Shown in pieces: positions 28,710-38,075 of a stretch of DNA of 64,000 nt (its first letter is position 1; every line of letters begins with the position of its first letter). This DNA comes from Minisyncoccia bacterium (GTDB taxonomy: Bacteria; Patescibacteriota; Minisyncoccia; Phycocordibacterales; GWA1-40-21). A program made the translations under genes and the position numbers. The notes under the pieces are model-generated. The model saw only the letters and a list, made by a program, of their open reading frames with translations. It was not told where the DNA came from and did not search any database. Where the stretch lies: contig JBAVTE010000012.1 in assembly GCA_049695975.1 (NCBI GenBank), positions 71,665 through 135,664 on the forward strand, in the 5' to 3' direction.

Positions 28710-30653
28710 TTACCATTCTAAATATATTATCTTTTCTCTATATTCAAAATTCTCCTCTTCTAAGTGCTCATTGTCAATGTCTGCAAAAAATCTCGATGGC
28801 ATATTGCATTGAAGTGAACCATAAATGGTTCGTGTTTCAGAATAAGTCAAAAAAAGTTTTTTCTTTGCTCTTGTAATTGCTACATAGAAAAGTCTTCTTT
28901 CCTCCTCTTCTTCCTCGGGTGTTCTTTCTGATTTCCCGACAGGTTGATGAGGAAAGAGGTCTTCTTCAAGCCCAGTAATAAAAATATATTCAAACTCTAG
29001 ACCTTTTGATGCGTGGACGGTCATTAGTTTTACTGCATTTTCTTTTTTTTCAAGCGAATCCTGATCTGTGGTAAGCGCCGACTCTTCCAAAAGTTTTTCT
29101 ATTCCCTCTCCGATTGGCAAATAGTCGTATTTTGTTGCAAGGGTTGCTAGTTCTTTAATATTTTCTAGTCGTTCTTTTTCTTCCTCTGTTCCATTGATGA
29201 GGTCTTTCTCGATTCCACTTTCTTTGATAATAAATTTGATCACATCAGAAGGTTTTTCTTCCTCGGACGCCTTTTTTATTTTGCTGAGCAAAATAAAAAA
29301 GGCGTCCACCTTCTCTTTTATTCCCTCCGTCAATTTTTCTTTTTCCCCACCAAAAATCTTCAAAATAGTAACTTTACCTATCCCCCTCGCTGGAACATTT
29401 ATAATTCTTTTTATATCAGTTAAACTTTCTTGGTTCAAGGATGCTTTTAAAAAAGCTAAAATATCTTTAATTTCTTTTCTTTCAAAAAATTTTGTACCAA
29501 GGACCTGATACGGTGCCCCCTCGGTAAGAAATGCCTCTTCTATGACTCGTGACTGAAAATTGGCTCTATATAGCACCGCAATCTCATTTGGAACCACGCC
29601 CTTTTCTATGAGTTCTTTTGCTTTTCTTGCAATAAATCTCGCTTCTTCCACTTCCGTCTTTGCCCTGAGATATGAAACTTTTTCTCCATCAGAATTTTTT
29701 GTAAAAAGGTTTTTTTCTTTTCTGATTTTATTTTTTGAGATGACTTTGTTTGCTACAGTAAGGATCGTTTGTGTGGAACGGTAATTCTGTTCTAATAAAA
29801 TTACTTTTGCTTTTGGGTAATCTTTTTCAAAATCCAAAATATTTTGAATGTCTGCTCCACGCCAGCTATAAATATTCTGATCTACATCACCTACCACGCA
29901 GATATTTTTGTATTTTTCTGCAAGAAGCTTTACCATTCTATATTGAACTTTGTTTGTGTCTTGATATTCATCTATGTGAATATATTTCCATATTTCTTGA
30001 TATTTTTCGAGAATTTCTTTGTGATTATTTAAAAGAGAATAAGTTTTTAAAAGTAAGTCATCAAAGTCTAACCCTTTTTCTTCCCTTAGTTTTTGCTCAT
30101 AGAGTGGCCAGACTTTTGCTACGACTCCTGCAAGGGTAAAACCTTTTCCTGCAGTTTGAGAGTAATTTTCTGGTGTGTTTGTTTCACTCTTTTCTCTCGA
30201 AATAATATTTAAAATTTTCGATGGTTCAAATTGTTTTGGATCAATATCCAAGTTTTTTAGGATATCTTTTACAATTTTAGTAGAATCGCTTCTGTCTATT
30301 ATTGAAAAGTTTCTGGTAAGTCCGATGATCCGAGCATTTTCCTTTAAAATATGTACACCGAGAGAATGAAATGTGCTGACAAATGGTTTTTCATATGTGT
30401 TTATGGGAAAATTTAAACTTTTATCTTCAGACATTATCTTTTCTACCCTTTCTTTCATCTCTTTACCGGCTTTGTTTGTAAAAGTTATGGCCAAAATATT
30501 GTGTGGAGCCACACCCTCTTTTATCAAATGCAAAATTCTGTGAGTGATGGTTTTGGTCTTACCTGCACCGGCACCAGCGATGATCAAAACTGGTCCTTCT
30601 GTATACAAAACCGCCTCTTTTTGTTTTTCATTTAAGCCATTTAGATAATCCAC
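28710..30653 (-). CDS. pcrA: ATP-dependent DNA helicase PcrA/UvrD family
   Basis: Helicase motif I AGAGAGKTKT, UvrD-like motifs throughout, 647 aa. Confidence 0.85.
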   Translation of the reverse strand: MDYLNGLNEKQKEAVLYTEGPVLIIAGAGAGKTKTITHRILHLIKEGVAPHNILAITFTNKAGKEMKERVEKIMSEDKSLNFPINTYEKPFVSTFHSLGVHILKENARIIGLTRNFSIIDRSDSTKIVKDILKNLDIDPKQFEPSKILNIISREKSETNTPENYSQTAGKGFTLAGVVAKVWPLYEQKLREEKGLDFDDLLLKTYSLLNNHKEILEKYQEIWKYIHIDEYQDTNKVQYRMVKLLAEKYKNICVVGDVDQNIYSWRGADIQNILDFEKDYPKAKVILLEQNYRSTQTILTVANKVISKNKIRKEKNLFTKNSDGEKVSYLRAKTEVEEARFIARKAKELIEKGVVPNEIAVLYRANFQSRVIEEAFLTEGAPYQVLGTKFFERKEIKDILAFLKASLNQESLTDIKRIINVPARGIGKVTILKIFGGEKEKLTEGIKEKVDAFFILLSKIKKASEEEKPSDVIKFIIKESGIEKDLINGTEEEKERLENIKELATLATKYDYLPIGEGIEKLLEESALTTDQDSLEKKENAVKLMTVHASKGLEFEYIFITGLEEDLFPHQPVGKSERTPEEEEEERRLFYVAITRAKKKLFLTYSETRTIYGSLQCNMPSRFFADIDNEHLEEENFEYREKIIYLEW

Positions 30654-30715
30654 CGTGAAAATATATCACACTTATGTAAAAAGCCGAAAAAATCCAGCTT
30701 TTGAAACCGGTCTAA

Positions 30716-30802
30716 GGAAACTAACAGAGGAACGGGATACTTTTTGAACGATTTAGCGTAGCTATTAGTGTGAAAAGTATCCCGCCCGTTTGTTAGTTTC
30801 CC
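30716..30802. repeat. MITE-like element A2 (short form): core TTTTTGAACGATTTAGCGTAGCTATTAGTGTGAAAAG flanked by a 29-bp inverted repeat
   Basis: Left flank GGAAACTAACAGAGGAACGGGATACTTTTT and right flank AAAAGTATCCCGCCCGTTTGTTAGTTTCC are inverted complements. The core matches the two ends of element A1 (692-912). A perfect DnaA box TTATCCACA follows at 30811-30819. Confidence 0.6.
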
Positions 30803-31068
30803 CTTTTCACTTATCCACACCCCCCACATTTGTCAGTTGACTTGACCGTCCTAGGGTGTATCATTATTAGTAACCCTGAAATTACAGAAAATGCGAAATA
30901 ATGGCTAATCAGAGCCATTAAATAGTTCAGACAGGCAGAAAACCCTTAATTTATCGGCTTATTTCTTACAATTACCATAAAAATGATCATCGGGCCACTG
31001 ATTGCAGTTCCTATGATTCTAAAATAACCTTATTTATAGACACATATATCAAATGGTTTGGTGCTGTT

Positions 31069-32112
31069 TTGTTGCTTGTTTCTATATTTTTTTCTAATCC
31101 ATATCCTGCTCATGCCGGACTTTTTTCTTTTATTAATAAAGTTTTCTCTGGAATCAATACCGAAGCTGTGGCCTATGATTCAGTTTCCCAAGATTTGTCT
31201 TCCAGTTCTTCGATTATATCATCTCCATCTTCAGATTCCTCCTCTGTTTTGGATAGTTGTAATTTCGTCAATTCAGATGCACAAAGGACCGCTGCTATAA
31301 ATATAGTTGGTGGTGACTCTCTTATTTCCGAAAATGGCCCAGTAGGAACATTTGCTAATGTAAATAATTCACAAAATTTTGGTCAGATTAGTCTATATGT
31401 TGTGAGACAAAATGACACGCTGTCTTCCATAGGACAAATGTTTGGAGTATCAGCAAATACTATCGTTTGGGCCAACAATTTAACTAGTAAAACATTAAAG
31501 CTTGGTCAGCAACTTGTTATTTTGCCTGTTTCAGGAATTACACATACCGTTACAAAAGGTGAAACATTAAAGAGTATTACGAAAAAATATGGTGGTGATA
31601 TAGACGAAATTATTCAATTTAATGATCTTGATAGAAATGATCCTCTTGCAATCGGACAAAAAATTATTATTCCCGACGGTGAAGGTTCAGTGGTCTCAAC
31701 ACCTTCAAAATCTAGTTCAAGTGCAGGAGCAAGCAAGCTTATTGCAGGTTACGGTGGGCCAGATTGTGGTAGTTACTTTATGAGACCTCTCATTGGTGGT
31801 AGAAGGACACAGAGTTTGCATGGTTATAATGCCATTGATATTGCCACACCTGTCGGAACTCCAGTTCTCGCTTCTGCTTCTGGACAGGTTATTATTGCTA
31901 AAATGGGAGGATGGAATGGTGGCTATGGAAGTTATATTGTTATATCACACGACAATGGCGCGCAGACGGTTTATGGTCACTTAAGCTATGTAAATGTTTC
32001 TGTGGGTGAAACTGTCGCACAAGGTCAAGCTATCGGTTCATCTGGAAATACCGGAAAATCTACCGGTCCTCACCTTCACTTCGAAATCCGAGGTGCCAAG
32101 AATCCGTTTTAG
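31069..32112 (+). CDS. secreted LysM-domain (x2) M23-family peptidoglycan endopeptidase
   Basis: Signal peptide, two LysM repeats (…YVVRQNDTLSSIGQMFGVS…, …HTVTKGETLKSITKKYG…), and a C-terminal M23 region with the HLHFEIR motif. Confidence 0.8.
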   Translation: MLLVSIFFSNPYPAHAGLFSFINKVFSGINTEAVAYDSVSQDLSSSSSIISSPSSDSSSVLDSCNFVNSDAQRTAAINIVGGDSLISENGPVGTFANVNNSQNFGQISLYVVRQNDTLSSIGQMFGVSANTIVWANNLTSKTLKLGQQLVILPVSGITHTVTKGETLKSITKKYGGDIDEIIQFNDLDRNDPLAIGQKIIIPDGEGSVVSTPSKSSSSAGASKLIAGYGGPDCGSYFMRPLIGGRRTQSLHGYNAIDIATPVGTPVLASASGQVIIAKMGGWNGGYGSYIVISHDNGAQTVYGHLSYVNVSVGETVAQGQAIGSSGNTGKSTGPHLHFEIRGAKNPF

Positions 32113-32114
32113 TT

Positions 32115-32247
32115 AAAAACAAAATTTTCGTAGCAAAGTGCTTTTGAACATCCTTGGGAGTCGCGACTGGAGACGGACAGAGAAAATTTTTTGCAAAAAA
32201 TTTTCGTGATGGTCAAAAGCATTTTGTGGAGGGAGTTTTTGTTTCAG
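32115..32247 (+). repeat. MITE-like element B1 (palindrome-embedded repeat, family B)
   Basis: ~80-nt core CTTTTGAACATCCTTGGGAGTCGCGACTGGAGACGGACAGAGAAAATTTTTTGCAAAAAATTTTCGTGATGGTCAAAAG, about 90% identical to B2 and B3, set inside its own flanking inverted repeat. Lies between the convergent lysM-M23 gene and comM. Confidence 0.7.
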
Positions 32248-32254
32248 TTTTTTC

Positions 32255-33814
32255 TTAAGAGAAATAGTTTTTTGGACGATATTGGAGGGCCTCGAGGATG
32301 TGAGTGTTTTTCACATCAGAACTTTTTTCTAGGTCGGCAATGGTGCGAGCGAGCTTGATGACTCTGTGATAGGCACGAGCGGAAAGACCTAGGCGGGTTG
32401 CAGAATTTTTCAGGGTCTGGATCGCCTCATCTGTCACATTTGCGAGCTTCAGTATTTCCTTGGCGGACATTTCACTATTTGTTTTTCTTTTGCTATTGCC
32501 GAATCTTTTTTCCTGAATTTTTCTTGCTTCTTTTACTCGGTTTTTAATTTTTTCTGTTTCCTTTGACAAAGTTTTCTCACCGAGCTTTTCATAATCCACC
32601 TGTGCGACTTCTACCCACATATCTATGCGGTCAATTATTGGGCCAGATATTTTTTTTTGATATCTTGTGATGTCTGTCGGTCTACAAATGCATTCTTTTG
32701 TCTTCGAACCGAAGTTACCGCAAGAGCATGGGTTCATAGATGCTATCAGAATAAAATTAGCAGGAAAATTTTCTGTGCCTTTCGCTCTTGATATACTTAT
32801 TTCTCTTTCCTCAAGCGGTTCTCGGAGTGATTCCAAAACTTTTCTATCAAACTCAGGAAATTCATCTAAAAATAATACTCCGCCATGTGCTAGTGTGACT
32901 TCTCCGGGTTTGGGAGTGGAGCCACCGCCGACGATGGATACATATGAAGCCGTGTGATGAGGATTTCTGATCGGCGGGCTTGATATGAGGTCGTCTTTCA
33001 GTGATCCAGCGACAGAATGAATGGAAGTTATTTCTAAAATTTCATCAAAAGAGAGTGGTGGAAGAATATGTCGGAATGCTTTTGCGAGCATTGTTTTTCC
33101 CGTGCCTGGAGGGCCAAACATAGCGATGTTGTGTCTGCCTGCGGCGGCGATCTCCAGTCCCCTTTTTGCCGTTTCCTGACCTTTTATGTCTGCAAAATCT
33201 ATAAGTGTCTCATCTTCAACGATTTTAATTTCTGTTTTTGTCTGGGCGATAATTTTTTTTGGTAAAATTTTCACCTCTTCCCCTTCTTTTGTCTCTTTTG
33301 TATTTATATGTGCAATTATTTCTGAAAGTTTATTTGCACCAAAAATTTTGATGCCATCTATGAGTGCTCCCTCCACGGCATTTTCTTTTGGTAGAAAAAT
33401 TTCTTTGAAACCTTTTCTTTTTGCTTCAGCAACTATTGGCAAAACCCCGCTTATCCTTCGAAGCATACCATCGAGAGAAAGTTCTCCGATGAAAAGTATT
33501 TTTTCCGGATTAAAACTGATTTCATCACTTGCGAGAAGGTATGCAATAGCCATAGCTGTATCAAATCGTGGCCCTTCTTTCTTGATATCCGCAGGAGCGA
33601 GAGAAATAACTATTTTTTGATTTTTATTTTTTGGTGATTTGAAACCACTATTTTTTACTGAAGCGGAAATTCTGTCTTTGGATTCATCTATTGCCTTGTC
33701 GGGAAGTCCCACAATAGAAAAAGAATGCAAACCCTTGGAAAGATCCACTTCCACATCAATTATTTTGGCACCCAAACCTACGGTTTGGGCGCTGTAAACT
33801 TTTGCAAAGCTCAT
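32255..33814 (-). CDS. comM: YifB/ComM-family Mg-chelatase-like AAA+ ATPase
   Basis: N-terminal Lon-like domain, Walker A GPPGTGKTMLA, and a ChlI-like C-terminus (…LSARAYHRVIKLARTIADLE…). Confidence 0.85.
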   Translation of the reverse strand: MSFAKVYSAQTVGLGAKIIDVEVDLSKGLHSFSIVGLPDKAIDESKDRISASVKNSGFKSPKNKNQKIVISLAPADIKKEGPRFDTAMAIAYLLASDEISFNPEKILFIGELSLDGMLRRISGVLPIVAEAKRKGFKEIFLPKENAVEGALIDGIKIFGANKLSEIIAHINTKETKEGEEVKILPKKIIAQTKTEIKIVEDETLIDFADIKGQETAKRGLEIAAAGRHNIAMFGPPGTGKTMLAKAFRHILPPLSFDEILEITSIHSVAGSLKDDLISSPPIRNPHHTASYVSIVGGGSTPKPGEVTLAHGGVLFLDEFPEFDRKVLESLREPLEEREISISRAKGTENFPANFILIASMNPCSCGNFGSKTKECICRPTDITRYQKKISGPIIDRIDMWVEVAQVDYEKLGEKTLSKETEKIKNRVKEARKIQEKRFGNSKRKTNSEMSAKEILKLANVTDEAIQTLKNSATRLGLSARAYHRVIKLARTIADLEKSSDVKNTHILEALQYRPKNYFS

Positions 33815-33887
33815 TTATTATCCTAATTTATGCGGCTTTTTTGTTTTTAAACTTCCCCAATTTTCACAGTAATGACATCAAGAAGCG

Positions 33888-34244
33888 TTATTTTGCATGT
33901 TTTATACAAGTACTTGCGGAAGGATTTACTTCCAATCTTTTTTCTGGAATCTCTTCGCCACAGACACTGCATTTTCCATAAGTTCCATCCTCAATAGATT
34001 TGAGGGCATTTTTTATTTCATTAAAACTGATTTCTAGCTCTTTTGCAATCCCGGAGTTATTTTCAAATCCTTCTATTACATCTGCGGCATCATTTGGATC
34101 TGGATTGTCTATTTCGGTATCGTCAGGAATGGCTTCCCAGTCGTTAGGGTTTGAAGGATTTTTTCTGGCGACGGTATTGAGCTCTGCTTCAACTAGTTTC
34201 AACTCTTCTTCCAATTTATTTTTAAAATGTATTGTGTTTATCAT
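33888..34244 (-). CDS. DksA/TraR-family C4-type zinc-finger protein
   Basis: C-terminal CSVCGEEIPEKRLEVNPSASTCIKH (CxxC…C..H) and an N-terminal coiled-coil. Confidence 0.7.
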   Translation of the reverse strand: MINTIHFKNKLEEELKLVEAELNTVARKNPSNPNDWEAIPDDTEIDNPDPNDAADVIEGFENNSGIAKELEISFNEIKNALKSIEDGTYGKCSVCGEEIPEKRLEVNPSASTCIKHAK

Positions 34245-34281
34245 AATAGAATTATATCAGAGGAGAAAAACTATACAAGGA

Positions 34282-35790
34282 CTATTTTACCCAATGTCTT
34301 TTCCTTATCTCCACGATCTCTTTTCCTTCCTCTACTTCTTTTTTTGCCTTACCTTCTTTACCGATTTTTTCCAAATCTTTCAGCGGAAGTTTTATGAAGT
34401 CTTTTGCTCTGTCTTCAAGGTATTCCTCGGTGTTTAATTTTGGATTATCCAGCACTTCTTCTAAGAGAGCGTGCAAGACAAAGCCGATTTTTGGCCCAGG
34501 CTTTTCCTCAGTCACTTCCATTATTTTTTTGCCATCGATTTTCAGCATTCCCACAGATATCGGATCTCTCATTGCTTCTTCTATCATTGCCATATATTTT
34601 CGTAGACGGTAGGGATCTTCTTTTGGTCTGCCCATCCCTATTCTGTCGCAAGTACGAAGTTCTATGAGGTCCCAGATATTTTCTTTGCCTACATGTGAGA
34701 TGATTCTTCGCACAGCCGATAATGTAATTTGTTCTGTATCCGAGAAAAACATATGATATCGCACGAGCTTTGTAGTTTTTTCTATAATTTTTTTTGAAAA
34801 TCTTAAGTTTTCGAGAATTTTTTCTGTCATTCTTCCACTTACCACATCGTGTCCGTAAAAAGTCCATTTTTCACCATCTAATCCAGATCTTCTAGATTTT
34901 GGTTTACCAATGTCATGTAAAAGCGCTGCGAGCCGTATCTCTAAGGCGAGATTTTTATCTGCTGAATGTTGCAAACTTCTGAGAGAATGTTCCCAAACAT
35001 CATAAATATGAGAGCCCTTTTGCTCAATGCTTACTGTTTTTTCAAGTTCAGGAATAATATATTTTAAAATATCAAGTTCATAACATTTCAAAATTCCTTT
35101 CATTGGAGTTTGCGACATTATTATTTTTACAAATTCATCGCGGATTCTTTCTTTTGAAATATTTTTCAAAAATTCATGATTTTTTCTTACAGATTCCTCT
35201 GTTTTTTTTTCCATCTTGAAACCAATGTAGTTTGCGATTCGAACAGCACGAAGAATTCGAAGTCCGTCTTCTCCAAATCTTTCATCTGGTTCCCCTACCG
35301 TTTTTACTATTTTATCAGCGAGGTCTTCTTGTCCTTTATATAAATCAGTGAGATGTCCTTGATAGGTTTCTGTTTTTTTATCAAATTTTTCTAGAGTTAG
35401 TGCGATAGCATTTATGGTAAAATCTCTTCTTTTTAAATCATCTTCTAGTTTTTGACTGAAAATTACGCTATCTGGTCTGCGATTATCAGAATATTCTGAT
35501 TCCAGACGATATGGAGTCACTTCAATTACCCTCACCTTTTCATTTTTTGTCTCTTCATTTACTACGCCTACCGTGCCATAGGTATTTTCATAAAATGTTT
35601 TTGGAAATGTTGCAATGATTTGTTCGGGAGTTGCGTTTGTTGTAATATCCCAGTCATTTGCCTCTATGTTGAGCAAAATATCTCTCACGCATCCACCGAC
35701 CAAATAAGCTTGAAAGCCAGCTTTTTTAAGTTTTTCTGATACTTCCCAGACTTCTGTTGGTATGTTTTTAAATTCTTGTAATTTATTCAC
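34282..35790 (-). CDS. cca: CCA-adding tRNA nucleotidyltransferase/poly(A) polymerase-family enzyme with HD domain
   Basis: Nucleotidyltransferase head GGCVRDILLN…DWDITT and an HD motif LLHDIGKP. Confidence 0.8.
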   Translation of the reverse strand: MNKLQEFKNIPTEVWEVSEKLKKAGFQAYLVGGCVRDILLNIEANDWDITTNATPEQIIATFPKTFYENTYGTVGVVNEETKNEKVRVIEVTPYRLESEYSDNRRPDSVIFSQKLEDDLKRRDFTINAIALTLEKFDKKTETYQGHLTDLYKGQEDLADKIVKTVGEPDERFGEDGLRILRAVRIANYIGFKMEKKTEESVRKNHEFLKNISKERIRDEFVKIIMSQTPMKGILKCYELDILKYIIPELEKTVSIEQKGSHIYDVWEHSLRSLQHSADKNLALEIRLAALLHDIGKPKSRRSGLDGEKWTFYGHDVVSGRMTEKILENLRFSKKIIEKTTKLVRYHMFFSDTEQITLSAVRRIISHVGKENIWDLIELRTCDRIGMGRPKEDPYRLRKYMAMIEEAMRDPISVGMLKIDGKKIMEVTEEKPGPKIGFVLHALLEEVLDNPKLNTEEYLEDRAKDFIKLPLKDLEKIGKEGKAKKEVEEGKEIVEIRKRHWVK

Positions 35791-35849
35791 TTTACTATTT
35801 TATTATATTTTTTGATTTTTAGCGAATTTAGCGTATGATTGCTTGTATT

Positions 35850-35921
35850 GCCCTCGTGGTGAAATGGATATCACAACGGTCTTCGGAACCGTTGTTGCGG
35901 GTTCGATTCCTGCCGAGGGCA
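35850..35921 (+). tRNA. tRNA-Arg (anticodon TCG)
   Basis: Cloverleaf read by hand: acceptor GCCCTCG/CGAGGGC, anticodon loop CTTCGGA, T-arm GCGGG-TTCGATT-CCTGC. No encoded CCA. Confidence 0.75.
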
Positions 35922-36229
35922 CATGCATATGAGGTCTCGGAATTTAAAAAGTATTTGTCCAAATTATTAACCGAAAGTCGCATCACTCACTATTATACTT
36001 ATCCGAAGACACCAAAAATGAATAACCTTTGTGGAATTTTTAATTGTACTATTCAGTAAGAGTTTGTGTACTGACTTTTCTTGTTCAATACCGGACGCCC
36101 ACACTCGTCACTTGGATTAATTTCTTCTTTGGGGTATATTTGTAATCAATTATCAGTCGAGTGCAAAATAGATGGGTTATTCACATTATTTTGTTTTTTT
36201 TATTTTTCGTGTATAATGTCTGATGTAAA

Positions 36230-36300
36230 CGCGGGCGTAGTTTAACGGTAGAACTAGTCCTTGCCAAGGATTGGGTTCGGGTTCGATTCCCGGCGCCCGC
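36230..36300 (+). tRNA. tRNA-Gly (anticodon GCC)
   Basis: Acceptor GCGGGCG/CGCCCGC, anticodon loop TTGCCAA, T-loop TTCGATT. TATAAT at 36211-36216 upstream and a terminator hairpin downstream. Confidence 0.8.
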
Positions 36301-36301
36301 A

Positions 36302-36339
36302 CAATTAGAAAACCTCCCTTTTGGGAGGTTTTCTAATTG
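36302..36339 (+). terminator. rho-independent terminator after tRNA-Gly
   Basis: Hairpin CAATTAGAAAACCTCCC-TTTT-GGGAGGTTTTCTAATTG. Confidence 0.7.
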
Positions 36340-36991
36340 TGCAAAAGAAAATGCAAATTTATTTGCATTCGTCCGGGAATCAAACGGCTGAGTAATGTTT
36401 TTTAAAAAGAAAATATACGAATGAGTTGGTATCCAGACAAAGTTTGTCAGTGAAACTTTAGTCGAGAGAGTTTTTACCACGCTCGCAGTCAACCTAATAC
36501 TGAATTTTCCTAAAAGCCACCAAAAATTAAAAGGACAAATAATAAACATAAGTAAAGGAACTTGCCAATCCCCTGTTTTGGGAAACGCTTATTATATAGA
36601 GCTGCTTTTGTGAAACATGTGGATAACTGTGTGAATATGTTGATTAAAGACAGATTGTGGTTTGTCTAAGAATGTGACGAAATTTTCTGAGTCTTTTACA
36701 AAATATGCCTATAAATATGAGGTATTTCATTAAAGACCCGTCCTAGTAATGTCCTTATTTTGTAGTATTACTTTGTCAATAGGTCGATTATATAAATGAA
36801 GTGTTTCTAAGTAACATTTTATACAAATGTTACACATGAAATGAAATTCGTAATTTTTAGCTAAAAAATATACACAATTCTTTCATTTTAAATATTTTTT
36901 GAATTTTTCATTAATATACTCAAATATTGCGAACATTTGATGTGTTCTTGTGTATTTATGATATTTATATATAATATATTCATTAATTGGG

Positions 36992-37405
36992 ATGGCAAAA
37001 CATAATGAGTTAGGACAAATAGGTGAGGAAATAGCCTGTAAGTTTCTCGTGAAACAGGGGTTTAGTGTTATTTGTCGGAATTATCTTAAAAAATACGGAG
37101 AAATTGACATAATCGCTGAAAAACAAGGGAAAATCCATTTTGTTGAGGTAAAAAGCGTTTCGTGTGAAACTGTTGGCAATGTTTCATCTTCAGAAGTGTC
37201 AGATAAGTATGAAAAGGGTGGTTTTAGGCCAGAAGACAATCTACACCCACAGAAAATTAAACGATTAAGCCGAGTTATTCAGGCATATTTGCTTGAAATG
37301 GATGTTTCAGATGAAACAGAATGGCAGGTGGATGTCCTATGTGTGTATGTTTCTATGATTAAAAGGGTGGGGAGGGTAAAGATGTTGGAGGATATAATAC
37401 TGTAG
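36992..37405 (+). CDS. yraN: YraN/UPF0102-family endonuclease-like protein
   Basis: N-terminus GQIGEEIACKFLVKQGFSVICRNY…GEIDIIAEK…HFVEVK matches the UPF0102 signature. Confidence 0.7.
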   Translation: MAKHNELGQIGEEIACKFLVKQGFSVICRNYLKKYGEIDIIAEKQGKIHFVEVKSVSCETVGNVSSSEVSDKYEKGGFRPEDNLHPQKIKRLSRVIQAYLLEMDVSDETEWQVDVLCVYVSMIKRVGRVKMLEDIIL

Positions 37406-37798
37406 GATCTCCGGAGGCGAAGCCTTCGTAAGAAAATTAATTTTCCAACAAAAAACCGCCTGAAACAAATTGGTTCAGGCGGCGAAAGCGAACGCTGAGC
37501 AAGACATCATTTCTGCATCTACGCCCCGAGAGACATAAGTGTCCCCAAATATAGAGGCAAATGCATTGAGCACAAAATAAGATCTAACTAAGCAAACCTT
37601 TCTGAGGTTGTACACACCTCTTGGAAAGAACAATCGTGGTCATAATGGTGATAAGGAGATTTGATTTGAGTTACAAAATACAATCACCTAACGACCTCTA
37701 CCTGCTATTATACTATTTTAATAAAAGACATGTAAAGGACACACCTGTGGATAACTATTTATTATGAAACGTCCTTTAGAAATATATTATTAATTTGC

Positions 37799-38067
37799 TT
37801 GACTTCTAGATTAGAAAGACTATAATATAGTTAATCTTTAATTCATTTGAGTTAAAGGTTCAAAATCAGCTGAAAGCTGAAGTTTGTATCGAGAGTTTGA
37901 CCGTTTGGTCTACTTCTCAGTCGTGGTGTGATCAAATGCCTTCTGGCTACCCGACTCTAAACTTTCACTTTTGTTCTTTCTTTTTCTTCTTGTTCTTTCG
38001 TTTCCTCTGTTGTCTTCGGACAACATGAAACAAATTACACAAGCACCCATGGTGCTTGTTTTTTTAT
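37799..38067 (+). ncRNA. candidate small RNA or small-protein transcript bounded by a near-consensus sigma70 promoter and an intrinsic terminator
   Basis: Promoter TTGACT (37799-37804), a 16-nt spacer, then TATAAT (37821-37826). Terminator AAGCACC-CATG-GGTGCTT plus T7 at 38041-38067. No long ORF; the only ORF is a 30-codon Phe-rich one at 37926-38018 (MPSGYPTLNFHFCSFFFFLFFRFLCCLRTT) with a GGTG SD-like sequence 8 nt upstream. A perfect DnaA box lies at ~37743-37751 just upstream. Confidence 0.35.
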
Positions 38068-38075
38068 TTAATATT

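Noticed and set aside
35835-36549. ORFs 35835-36059 (+) and 36181-36549 (-)
   Set aside because: Both are laid over tRNA-Arg(TCG), tRNA-Gly(GCC) and its terminator, with no coding signal.
36341-38075. Attempt to identify RNase P RNA, tmRNA or SRP RNA in the large non-coding tracts
   Set aside because: I could not find the P4 (AGGAAAGUCCGGGCUCC-like), tmRNA tRNA-like end or SRP domain IV (GGAAGCAGCC-like) signatures by eye. I do not assert any specific RNA family there.
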